Source: Ginkgo biloba (Eukaryota > Plantae > Ginkgophyta). From it: 22,242 nt of DNA. Where the stretch lies: contig JANKJI020000004.1 in the NCBI GenBank assembly GCA_024626585.2, positions 180,539,704 to 180,561,945 of the forward strand, written 5' to 3'. The position numbers and the translations under genes were made by a program. The notes below the pieces were generated by a model. The model made no database searches. It saw only the letters and a list, made by a program, of their open reading frames with translations, and was not told the origin of the DNA. Below, in pieces: positions 10,770 to 21,576 of this stretch (positions are counted from its first letter, which is position 1; the number at the start of each line of letters is the position of its first letter).

Positions 10770-11399
10770 AGGAATACCCAAGATTTCCTACAAATGATTG
10801 AGACTATGGAATATTCCAAGAGAAACGAGAGATTGTTGGATTCCACCAATCCAAAATTTACTCCCACTAACTTATCAGATAAGGGACAATTCATCGTTGA
10901 TTATATGTATAACCCCTATGAGATTGTTATACAAAAATAGCGGGAATTTAAGACATGCCTTTATATTTATTGCCTTTGTCAATCCCTAACAAAGGAGAAT
11001 ATACATTTTAGTCTATGGAGAATAATATGCTCTCAAAAAGTAGTGTTGTAGAATAGGAGGGTGGGCAGCATTACAGAGGCCTTGCACGTTAGTGTCCACA
11101 CTTACAATTTGTCTTAGACAAATCCATGCAACATGATGGCAATGAACCGATCCCATAGAGTCACATATCCTATCTAAACCTACAAACTTAACAAACTATC
11201 AATTGAGGAGACATAGGTTTTCTCCATTGCAAAATGGTAATGTGATATGTTGTTTCATCAATTGGACAAATGCTTTTTTAAGCCTACCTAGTTTCACACA
11301 TTATTTTCACAGAAACCATATTCTCGAACTATAACTTCAAACTCTATTTTTTGTATCAATATTTTAAATGTAAAGCCTTAGCAGAGAAAAAACCATGGT

Positions 11400-11974
11400 A
11401 CTCCATTTTATCCATAGCAAATAAAGTCTTATGTTTTAGTGTTAGGGAACGCTGCAAGGCCTTGTAGTTAGTAGTCAAACATTTTTTTAAATGTAATGCA
11501 CCCAATCGAGTTGTGGCACAATTGCCTGCGATGCACTACTAATACAACATCAATGTAGATTAAATTTATTCCCCCCAGCCAAAAAACAAAAAGATAATCA
11601 CATGTTTTTCTCTATAGATATCAAATAGAATGATAAGAACTACTTGCCTTAAATGACTTTAAACCTAGACTCCCATGTGCAAATTGTATACCACCTCTTA
11701 GACTCATGGTTTCTACCATGTAAAGGTGGCATTTGTAAGGTCATAACCAATTTGATTGATAATTATGGGCTATGTTCTTACAGGAGATACATTACTCTGA
11801 CTAGTAAATCAACTCTTAAATGCATTCCTTATGACAATGACCATTGTATAATTCAAGAATTCAAGGCACACCTCTCTATCATAATTGTACTTGGTTATGT
11901 AAGGATTCCATCACAATGCCTCTAGCAATGAACCACAAATTCATGAGCATCCCTAAATTGAAAGGTTTGGAGTG
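11400..11974 (-). pseudogene. Degenerate Gypsy accessory ORF, copy 2 (same family as 1-460)
   Basis: Minus-strand fragments LWFIARGIVME / KYNYDREVCLEFL / LQMPPLHG parallel copy 1 fragments VWIICSEIGLE / YMNHDPEIIEHFV / LRVPSDG in the same order. Confidence 0.45.
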
Positions 11975-12715
11975 NNNNNNNNNNNNNNNNNNNNNNNNNN
12001 NNNNNNNNNNNNNNNNNNNNNNNNNNNNNNNNNNNNNNNNNNNNNNNNNNNNNNNNNNNNNNNNNNNNNNNNNNNNNNNNNNNNNNNNNNNNNNNNNNNN
12101 NNNNNNNNNNNNNNNNNNNNNNNNNNNNNNNNNNNNNNNNNNNNNNNNNNNNNNNNNNNNNNNNNNNNNNNNNNNNNNNNNNNNNNNNNNNNNNNNNNNN
12201 NNNNNNNNNNNNNNNNNNNNNNNNNNNNNNNNNNNNNNNNNNNNNNNNNNNNNNNNNNNNNNNNNNNNNNNNNNNNNNNNNNNNNNNNNNNNNNNNNNNN
12301 NNNNNNNNNNNNNNNNNNNNNNNNNNNNNNNNNNNNNNNNNNNNNNNNNNNNNNNNNNNNNNNNNNNNNNNNNNNNNNNNNNNNNNNNNNNNNNNNNNNN
12401 NNNNNNNNNNNNNNNNNNNNNNNNNNNNNNNNNNNNNNNNNNNNNNNNNNNNNNNNNNNNNNNNNNNNNNNNNNNNNNNNNNNNNNNNNNNNNNNNNNNN
12501 NNNNNNNNNNNNNNNNNNNNNNNNNNNNNNNNNNNNNNNNNNNNNNNNNNNNNNNNNNNNNNNNNNNNNNNNNNNNNNNNNNNNNNNNNNNNNNNNNNNN
12601 NNNNNNNNNNNNNNNNNNNNNNNNNNNNNNNNNNNNNNNNNNNNNNNNNNNNNNNNNNNNNNNNNNNNNNNNNNNNNNNNNNNNNNNNNNNNNNNNNNNN
12701 NNNNNNNNNNNNNNA

Positions 12716-14110
12716 AATGTGTTGCGACTGACTTAACCAATTGCAAGCTGCTCCCATGCTATGATTGACGACTACAAATTGGTTGTGACCAACCACTGCA
12801 AACTAGTTGCGACTGCCAACTAGAACATGTTGTGACCAATGTACAAAATACCAAGGGGTCAATTATACAAGATAAAAAAGAAACTAAGATAGAAAAAGAA
12901 GAACATCAAAACAAGCATAAAACTAACCAATACCTTATATTTCATATTGTGTTATGTTTAACTTAGGATTAAGCTAAACATCTTACAGTCATAGCATTGA
13001 TGAAAATTTGACAATTTTTTTGAATAATTCAGTGTTGCATAAGAAATTGCCAAAAAATCGAACTTTTCTAAAAAAATTGCCAAATCTTGTGACTATGCAA
13101 TTTACAAAGCAAAAATCTAAAATCGAGGCTTCTAGAAGAAGGATTGTGCAATTGTCTCTAGTTTCTCCCTATTACTTAGAGTCTCCAAGAATTGTAGAGC
13201 CAAACTAGGCATTGAAGAATTGAACTCAAGGAACCCTTTATTTTGAGCTTTCGGAGTTTTTTTCTCTCTTCAATCAGACCCGTCGCAACTAGATGCGTGG
13301 AAGTTTTGCCACGACAAAAGGGCTAATGTGGGAGTCAAGTTGGCAAAATGGGATTTCTTGATGCCCTATCATGTCGTCTGACACTTTGGTAGTTTTTGTC
13401 GTCCTTTGTAGTTTTACAAAGTATCAGCCTCAATAGTGTGTTAGAGCCCCTTGTAATTTTCGAAGGCCTTTGTCATTTGACAAACATACATGCCTTTGCG
13501 ACTTGTCAAAGCACTTTGCAGTTTTCAAAGGCCAACATCATTTTGACAATTATATGCACCTTTAGGCCTTGTCATTTGTCGTGGCACTTTGTTGTTTTCG
13601 CTCACCTTTGTCATTTTGACAAACTTACACAACCCAATGACGTGTGCCCATTACTTAACTTTTGACTAAGTTTGAATGAATTATCTAACCTACAAAAGAA
13701 TGATTTCATCATTCTGCCAATGGAATCTAAACCCTAAGAATTTGTTTGCTCTAAAAATTCGTTTGCATGATGATGATAGACAAATCACCTAAAGTTTGGC
13801 TTCTACTCATATTTGTCGAAACCTTGTTGTAAATGGCATGGCTCTTTGAAAAATTGCGGTTGTGTGCAACTTTGATAAATTTATTTGATAGCCTCTTTCC
13901 GTAGCAATAATCATTGGACTTTAGGATTTCAAAGTGCAAATTGGCCATACGATGACTTAAGATACGGAGCCCAGACCCCACCAAGGGCATTGCCCCTTGG
14001 ACCCTGTTGATAATTTGGTGACTTTTCATGGAATTATTGGCTTCTTGCCACTATAAAATTGAAACCGATATTTTTCCTTTTTCAGATTTGACCTAGATTA
14101 GCGTTGCATC
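12716..14110. mobile_element. Motif-rich non-coding segment, probably a non-autonomous DNA transposon (terminal/subterminal repeats)
   Basis: GTTGYGAC at 12721, 12782, 12806 and 12829, and inverted (gtcgcaac) at 13282. aaattgccaaa at 13044 and 13074. TGTCA/TGACA repeat array at 13370-13635. No credible ORF; TIR pair and TSD not identified. Confidence 0.4.
13370..13635. repeat. Degenerate tandem array of ~64-73-bp units containing TTTGTCA-N2/3-TGACAAA palindromes
   Basis: Units start tttt(c/t) at about 13393, 13457, 13522 and 13595, most preceded by cactttg. Perfect inverted repeats at 13469-13484 and 13607-13623. Confidence 0.75.
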
Positions 14111-14899
14111 ATCTATTTTGAACCACCGACCTAGTTTTTCTTCTAGGGCAGATTGGTCGGAATGTTGCAGTGATTTCCTTGGTCACACAAGATCATTTAT
14201 GCAAAAAGCAATGCATTATGCAAGCCCCATAATGTTGTTTAGTTTTCTCCGGGTCCATAGTGACACCAAGGGGAAAAAAAAGAACCGTTGTGGACCCTCT
14301 GATTTGTTATTTCATCAGTGTGTTTCCGGGTAAATAAAAATTCCGAAACATGTTCTGGAGACAATCGACCTGCAGCTTATATCAGATTGGAATTTTGGAA
14401 TTTGACAAAGAAACCGCATAAAATTCATTAACTGTGATATTTCCATTTCACAAAATTATGGCTTGCACATCTTTGGTCAACAGAGGCTGTATTTTCATTT
14501 GCATGCACAGTTTATAAGCCACTAGGACATCAATAATACCGGCATAAAACTCAAGGAATACATGGTAATACCAAAATTCAAATTTTTGTCTGACATAATA
14601 TGCAAGTATATCATTCATTACAAAGCAATACAAAACAAAATTTTGTGACTGCTATAGAAGATGTTCCAGATGAATCCAGCTTCCTTCCTGACTGTTTCTC
14701 GAGTGCCAAAAGTGTGCCCAATTATGTCTGCCGCAGATTTTAAACATCTTTTACGTTCTTGAAGATAAAACTCCCACCAGAGACACACTGATATCATGTA
14801 GGGGAAAGAAGCTACATAAATTTGTATGATATCAAACCCCAGCAAGGGAAGGTAAGAAACACAGGTCCAGCAGATTACATGCAATTCAACTATTAGACA

Positions 14900-15470
14900 A
14901 TCTTTCAAAAGAGGTATTCCATGTCTCCTGCTCATAGGAGCAAAAGTAGTTGAGAATTCGACACATGTCATAACATCCCCATTACAAACCAGCAGCATGC
15001 TCCTCTGTCTCAGATTGGCCTGTTTCACATACCAGACAAGCCCACTCTTTTCTACGCAACTTTTCAGAAAAGACAACCTTCCAGAATCCTGCCCAAATCA
15101 GTGTTGGCCCACCCTGAGTTCCATTTTTCATGAGTATTCACGTTTCAAACAACCTCTCATTTTGCATTCCATGCCTCCTAGAAGTAGTGTTTTTACTTAT
15201 CATTGAGTTCACCACATTTCTGTTGCTTCTTGATCTAAACAGCAATCATCTTCCTTAATAAACCATCTCTCCATTATTTTCCTGATCTTTTTTGGAGGAC
15301 CTAATAGCACTGCAAACTGGTTCTTGTATATCGAAGTTGTACTTAATTTGAAATTTAGCCAACCAAAAGCTATCCGCAATGATAGCAGTACAGTATGGCC
15401 ACTCTGCTGAGAAAAACCACCAGTCTGTCCTCAATAGAGCCCCAAGAAGAATCTATCAGTTGAAGGAAGT
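14900..15470 (-). mobile_element. RTE/RTE-X-type LINE 3' fragment with C-terminal CCHC-type zinc finger, degenerate
   Basis: The minus strand gives KKIRKIMERWFIKEDDC, then ELRVGQH*FGQDSGRLSFLK..EK / ACLVCETGQSETEEH / MLLVCNG across two frameshifts. This matches the RTE-X pattern LR.GSH.L..ETGRW......ER.C..C....ETEEH..L.C..Y. Confidence 0.75.
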
Positions 15471-16619
15471 AAAATTAACTGGAGATCAGTGCTGAGAAAT
15501 CTACTTAGTGTACAAGAAAATGGAATGCTCAACTGCATCAGAATGAAAGTGTCTGATTCACAGCCTCAAGTTGTTGCTCCAGAAGCTACATTCATTGTAC
15601 AACAACACAAAGCAAGGAAAAGCATCACTCCACATATACAACCAACCAAGCAAGATGCTCGTGACTCAAGACTCAGTAAAAGAAAAGCTTAAATAAGAAA
15701 GTTGGCCACCATCTGTTAATAAATAGATATATTTGCAGAAAAAGAAAAACACCACACATGCGCACATGCATGGCATCTGACCTGCAAAGTGATACAGACC
15801 GATGGTATCAACGGAAAAAAAATCCATGGGAGGAGACACTATGTCAGATTCATAAATCATGCAAAGTTGAGGCATGCTAGTGCTTTTGAAGCACAGCATA
15901 AGATTCCTCAAATTATAAACCATATACAGAAATACAGGAAGTTTTGTCAACACTCATTTTGAGGACCTAGGGAATTTTAGTGTGAGATTCATGAACAAAA
16001 ACATTGAAAGAAGCCTAAGTACTATTATGTCTAGGTTGCATTGATCGACTGGGTCTAGGGTAGCAATAAAACCATTAATGCATTCTTTCATTGTCCTTTG
16101 TTTATAACAAGGATTAACGATTATCGTCGAAATAACTATAATGCATGACTAGTTATCAAAATCAAGACTGCTACAAAAGTCTTTAGAGGTGATGACATTA
16201 TTCTAATTAACCGAAAGTCAGTCACCACAGAAATGGATCCATTTAAGCCATAAAACCCATTAAGTGTGGATGAAAGCAAGAACAAACTTTGTCAAAAAAA
16301 CAGAGACTCTTGCTGGAGAAACACAGTTCACTCACTCATAGGAGAGCTACAGAAAAGGATACACCAAAAGAGTATTAAGGTGATTCTCGAGGCTGCACCA
16401 TTAAAAATATTGCATGCTAAACATAGTAAAGATGATATAGCTGCTAGCCTATCGCAGTCGCATGAGAGTCGGCAACCACTAACCATGAGGAACATTCTCA
16501 AGGGTCCAAAAGGAGGACCAACAGATAAAGGCTTGCATGAAACATAGTTTTCTAATATGAGGGAACATCCCAAAGTTCTTAGCCCTGGAAAGATTTTGGT
16601 AATCATGTTCCCAATTAAG

Positions 16620-17150
16620 AAAGCAATGCAACACCATGTCACCATCGAAGATCAGCAACTGAGTCATAAATAGCATTGACTGTATTGAAGAAGCCTTCCA
16701 ATCACTATGGAACTTTACAAAGTCAAATAAGGAGCCAACAATGTCAATCAGAGGGCATCTAGGGGACATACTCATAGCTAAAGTGGGCCATGGGTTCTTT
16801 AATCAGTGTCTAAATTTCCGAACTCAGAAAAGCATTTAATAAGCAGGTTCAAGGGGTAGAGAATGTCTTCCCTAACAATTATCTTGCCATACAAGTTATT
16901 TTGGTTGAGAGACTCACATACTACATGTGTGCTGCTCACAAGAAGAAGCCTGCCAGTTCAAGAAATTGATCAGGTTGCCCAGCATCTTCTCAAAGTTTGA
17001 ATCTCCAGTGTCATGTAAACAAGTGGTAGCATATCAATAATGCAATATACAAAGACATCCCACATTGTTGGCTTAAAGATGAATGATCACAGTTCCTTGA
17101 TTTTTCCACTTCAGCCATTGCAGTGGCATTCTTCGTCTATCTGGAATAGC
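16620..17150 (+). mobile_element. Possible very old L1-type LINE ORF1 (DUF4283-like) relic
   Basis: One frame gives LGDILIAKVGHGFF and, about 56 codons later, KLIRLPSIFSKF, loosely like the GFF...VWVRLP.LP.EFW motifs of plant L1 ORF1. Multiple stops; weak. Confidence 0.25.
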
Positions 17151-17950
17151 TCAATATATTGCAGTAGCAGGCATTATGAACATGTCTTCAGAAGANNNNN
17201 NNNNNNNNNNNNNNNNNNNNNNNNNNNNNNNNNNNNNNNNNNNNNNNNNNNNNNNNNNNNNNNNNNNNNNNNNNNNCTTCCCCACATTCTTTTAACTAAA
17301 GAAGATTGTCCTTTTGATACATTAGCTGTTTATATATTTTTCAATATTATTCCATTTCTAAGATATTATATAATATCATTTATTATTTAAATATGTATAT
17401 AGTTTTCCCTTTAAACACTCTTTATTTTTCTCTTCTCCATCATGAACCTTTGGTTGTTAATTTATTTTTGCAAGATGCAAATTCAGTGGAAAATCAAAAG
17501 GCATCAGCAAATCTTTAGGCGTTAAACTGAACATGTGCTATTCAATTTATATAAACATGTTATCAGGCATTTGGGTCTTTTTTGTAATCAGCAATACTTT
17601 CATGGTGAAGCACATTCACCTTAGGCCACACAGATCAATCAAAGTATCATTTCAAAAACCTTTGCCATTACTTCATTTTATGTAACTTAGACTTAATGAA
17701 TTGAAATGAGCAAACAAGTGACAACTATAGTGACAAATGGGCCCTAGGTTTTGAGACAGCTTTTACAAACACAAAAACATGGGGAATAATTGAGTTTTGA
17801 GACAACAAAGAACAAGAGTGCCACTGGCATGGGACTGAAGTTACTTGACATGCAAAAGAAGCCAACTCAAACTTCAATCTTAAGAATTATTGAATCCTCC
17901 ACATGGACATCTATGTCTCAAAAGAATCGACATCCTCAACACATGAGGAT

Positions 17951-18346
17951 GGCATCAACCTCCCAATCAATTTTGAAGTTGAACCCAATAAAATGAATTT
18001 GGTATATTATCAATAGATGGAAGATCCATTGACCATCTAGTAAGTGATAACACTTAGGATATATTAGGACCCAATTTTGACATTATATAATATAGATGGT
18101 TATCATTCCTAACTTTATAGATGGTTTGAGAAAAATAAATAACACTAATCATTTGAAAAGTGTGATTTGGTGAGGCTTTGGAATAAGTCCAATGAAAAGT
18201 ATCCCAAGAAGTTTTATTCTCTATGGATAGGTTCTTATTTTATTTTGCAAGATTAGTATAATTGGTCATTCCACTTAATGACATTTGATGGCCAACAACT
18301 ACTACACCTCTTTAATGGGGAACCATTGAAATGTTATATCACCTAA
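17951..18346 (+). mobile_element. Non-chromovirus Ty3/gypsy (Tat/Ogre/Athila-type) integrase C-terminal fragment
   Basis: GINLPINFEV...RWFEK..SFEKCDLVRLWNKSNEKYPKKFYSLWIGSY...SFHLMTFDGQQLLHLFNGEPLKCYIT* matches LP..LEI...KRWFDK..F..GDLVL.W......KF..LW.GPY.....F.L...DG.....PVNG..LK.Y*. Confidence 0.85.
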
Positions 18347-19001
18347 GGATTTTTAGGCATAATATGATACTAATAGTTTATATACATATACATAATTTAT
18401 AATAAATGTAAATAGGAATATCACTTTTTCCTTGTGATTATAAACTAAGGATNNNNNNNNNNNNNNNNNNNNNNNNNNNNNNNNNNNNNNNNNNNNNNNN
18501 NNNNNNNNNNNNNNNNNNNNNNNNNNNNNNNNNNNNNNNNNNNNNNNNNNNNATTTCCCCTTCTTACTCTTGCACCAAAATGATACTCAGCCCACATTGT
18601 GCAAGTACAGGACATATTATAAGAAAATAGAATGAGACTATCACATCTAGGTTTTTTGGCAGAACTCAAGTACAAAAAGTGAGGCCCCATTATGCTTTTA
18701 AAAGAAGCAAAAAAATATAAAATATCGATAATAGACAAAGTAGAAAAGATGACTTCATTCTACTTGCCAGTCACATTTTTGGAACAAGCCTTTTACATTT
18801 TCTTATCTTATATCTTCATTGTAGCTTCAAGTCGCTTTATTTAGCTTTAGGTGTAAATTGTTTGAAGATAACCTATTTTGCTTGCTATAGATTCTGTCAT
18901 TTGCAAATTTTACTTTTGGCTTGATGCGATTAGCTTTGCACTACACACACTGCATCTATTTTTCTCTGTTTTGCTTCAAGAAACATGCTTATTTCTGAAT
19001 G

Positions 19002-19292
19002 TATACTTACATGGGTGTACAATTCTTTGGCCCCATCTTTAGCTTGCACAAAGTAGCACAACCCCAGTTATGCAAGTGTTACACCTTGCCTTAAATTTTG
19101 GAAGATAGTCCTTCCGATTCAGTTTCACAACCACCCTACCAAACAACAATCGTTTGACAGAGTTGTGAGACCCACAACTCTATATGGATTGTTGGGGATG
19201 GATCTTATTGCCATCAAACCGGGCTCAAACTAATAGAGTACAAACCGTTATGCTTTCCTGATCATACATTCTATGAGGTCAATTCCCTCAAA
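19002..19292 (+). mobile_element. RTE/RTE-X LINE fragment: end of reverse transcriptase (YLG motif) and thumb region
   Basis: YTYMGVQFFGPIFSLHKVAQPQLCKCY / QFHNHPTKQQSFDRVVRPTTLYG / WGWILLPSNRAQTNRVQTVML matches YTYLGV.F.GP.FS....../F.D..TK..LFD.LV.PT.LYG.E.WG......W...ERVQ..ML. Confidence 0.85.
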
Positions 19293-19347
19293 TAAAGAAA
19301 ATAAAGTATATTAGTGTCCACTAACGACCAAAACTACTCAATGGGAT

Positions 19348-19445
19348 ATAGTAAGTGCAAGATATTTCCTGTAACTCTAACTAATATTTCAACGATAGGA
19401 TAGTCAGTGCAAGATTCTTTCTATAACTCTATCTAAAATCTTAAC
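19348..19445 (+). repeat. 52-bp tandem duplication
   Basis: atagt(a/c)agtgcaagat..tt.ct.taactcta.ctaa.at begins at 19348 and 19400. Confidence 0.88.
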
Positions 19446-19499
19446 AGTCATACTCTAGCGTCAGAAAGCATGATATAGTTAGAAAGCAACTAAAGTCGA

Positions 19500-20262
19500 C
19501 CTGAAGTACTCTATATGCCATCCACCACTATAAAATCCACCAACAGCTATCTAAAATTATCCTCTGCAATGGAATCATCTATCACTATTGAATCACTCGT
19601 GGTTAGGCATCTAGTAGAGTCCCACTGTTTATGTATATTATCTGTTGGCTCCAATAGGTTCTCTTTCTGACATCCAAAATTAGATCTTCCTCACTGCTCC
19701 TGATTAAGCTATTTATAAACCACTATGCCTTATTGGAGACAGTATGTTGACCCTCACAATTCTACTAGAAGGTCTCAATAGCGAGTTGTTTCATGTGTCA
19801 TTGTCTGACTCTAGTCTCAAGAGAATGTTCATGTCTGAGAATTTGATATGTGAGCTCACTGGATCTTTTTGTCCGACAGTTGAGGCCGCTGGCCAAAGAA
19901 TGATGTAATAAGTCAGGTTCTGTTGGTCCTTTGCACTTCCCCACCTAAGAGGCAACATCCATGAGGACCTCCCCAATGAAAAGGATCACGCACGTTTGGT
20001 CCTTGTATAGGAGAAAGGTGGACAGGAACCCTATTCATCTATAAACAAACAATAATATCTACCTCTGATTTCAGAATAGGTGGAACATCAGAAGACGAAA
20101 TGCTTGTCTCTCTACCTCCAAAGAACATAACCAACAAATACATTGACCCTAGACAATAGGGTACTCAACTTCCACATGAAGCTGATGTGAACAAACTTTA
20201 AGCTATCCAAAGGAAATCTCAGCCCATGCCATGCATAGAAGTGTAAAAACTCTAGGGGGTCA
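19500..20262 (+). mobile_element. Possible RTE-X apurinic-type endonuclease C-terminal half and linker, degenerate
   Basis: YAIHH..KIILCNGII.., PTVY (S.VDY-like) and YKPLCL (SDH.PL-like) occur in the expected order at about 19515-19732. Confidence 0.4.
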
Positions 20263-20759
20263 NNNNNNNNNNNNNNNNNNNNNNNNNNNNNNNNNNNNNN
20301 NNNNNNNNNNNNNNNNNNNNNNNNNNNNNNNNNNNNNNNNNNNNNNNNNNNNNNNNNNNNNNNNNNNNNNNNNNNNNNNNNNNNNNNNNNNNNNNNNNNN
20401 NNNNNNNNNNNNNNNNNNNNNNNNNNNNNNNNNNNNNNNNNNNNNNNNNNNNNNNNNNNNNNNNNNNNNNNNNNNNNNNNNNNNNNNNNNNNNNNNNNNN
20501 NNNNNNNNNNNNNNNNNNNNNNNNNNNNNNNNNNNNNNNNNNNNNNNNNNNNNNNNNNNNNNNNNNNNNNNNNNNNNNNNNNNNNNNNNNNNNNNNNNNN
20601 NNNNNNNNNNNNNNNNNNNNNNNNNNNNNNNNNNNNNNNNNNNNNNNNNNNNNNTACACACACCCCCTCACCCCCACCTCCAACCCCCAAGCTCTCAGCA
20701 CATAGCTATCACACTATTCTAAACACCACCTCCCCATCACCAGGGGCACTATCAACCCT

Positions 20760-21480
20760 CTAGGGTATCTACGTCTTCAAAAGTCACACAGGATGGCACT
20801 TCCCATTGTACAAATTAGAGAATGGTCTCATCAGCTTTGTGCAGAAGTTGAGTATTGAATTGCTCAAGATCAACATATTTGTCGGCAATACTCCCTAGAG
20901 GTTGAGANNNNNNNNNNNNNNGCTCAACATATTACAAGATCGAAGGTCAATACTACTTCTTATGTAGAGATTTGAAGATGAATGAATCCACCTTAATCTC
21001 ATTAGGATTTGAGGTATCTGGCCTCATCCTCAAGGAGTTCATCCTTCAGGAGACAACTTGCATGTGAAGATGTTCAGAGGAAAGGCAACATATAGTGTAT
21101 CACATCATTTTTTCAACCTTTGATATCTATAACTGGGCAGAAGCACATCTCCAATAGATATAACACTAAATATTCAACTTCCATGGTGTAGGATGATTGC
21201 CTTTCTAGCCCCCATAAGAGGTGCCCATGAGATCCATCGGTGCCAATACATAGCCTAGAGTTGCAGATTGGACCTTATCATCTGCTTCTTTGCAACACCA
21301 AATAAGGTTTGGGCCCTGAATGATAAGAAAGGCATCAACACCAAACCATGTGATACGTAACGTCCCAAGATCATGCAACAAGATTCAAATAGATGTGCAG
21401 CCTTGGACATCACCTTAGCACATAATATTATTCGATAGACCTTGTCGTAAGTAATGGATAGGACAATAGATTTTTAATTC
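20760..21480 (+). mobile_element. RTE/RTE-X LINE C-terminal fragment, degenerate
   Basis: GLISFVQKL (about 20824), RGKATY..FFQP..GQKHI, LQIGPYHL (R.GSHHL-like, about 21261) and RCAALDIT (C.AY.DIR-like, about 21391) occur in order. Confidence 0.5.
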
Positions 21481-21576
21481 TAGTTGTATCACAACATTTG
21501 ATAATTGACAAGGACCGATAACAAATGTATTGCATACTGAGCTATTTTGTATTTTGTTTAAAACAACATTACTACT

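Noticed and set aside
11060-11135. Minus-strand DLSKTNCKCGH*RARPL*CC resembling a MULE SWIM zinc finger
   Set aside because: Too short, interrupted by stops, and no other transposase motif nearby; may be chance.
11844-12796. Long ORFs of 254-305 aa in the track
   Set aside because: Almost entirely X; artefacts of the 741-N gap (11975-12715).
13370-13635. CRISPR-like array (palindromic repeats at regular spacing)
   Set aside because: The repeats are degenerate, the 'spacers' resemble each other, there are no cas genes, and the context is eukaryotic TE DNA.
13729-13737. Telo-box / telomere motif AAACCCTAA (also at 21787-21795)
   Set aside because: Isolated single copies inside repeat DNA, with no array or associated gene.
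14618-15076. Longest gap-free ORF (152 aa, minus strand) as a real gene
   Set aside because: Its 5' part is a frameshifted read-through of the RTE-X zinc-finger relic, it starts at TTG rather than ATG, and the remainder has no recognisable domain.
20112-20722. ORFs of 133-192 aa in the track
   Set aside because: Artefacts of the 392-N gap (20263-20654). The same applies to ORFs spanning the other gaps.
20655-20745. C-rich tract (potential G-quadruplex on the minus strand)
   Set aside because: It abuts a gap and is low-complexity, so sequence reliability and significance cannot be judged.
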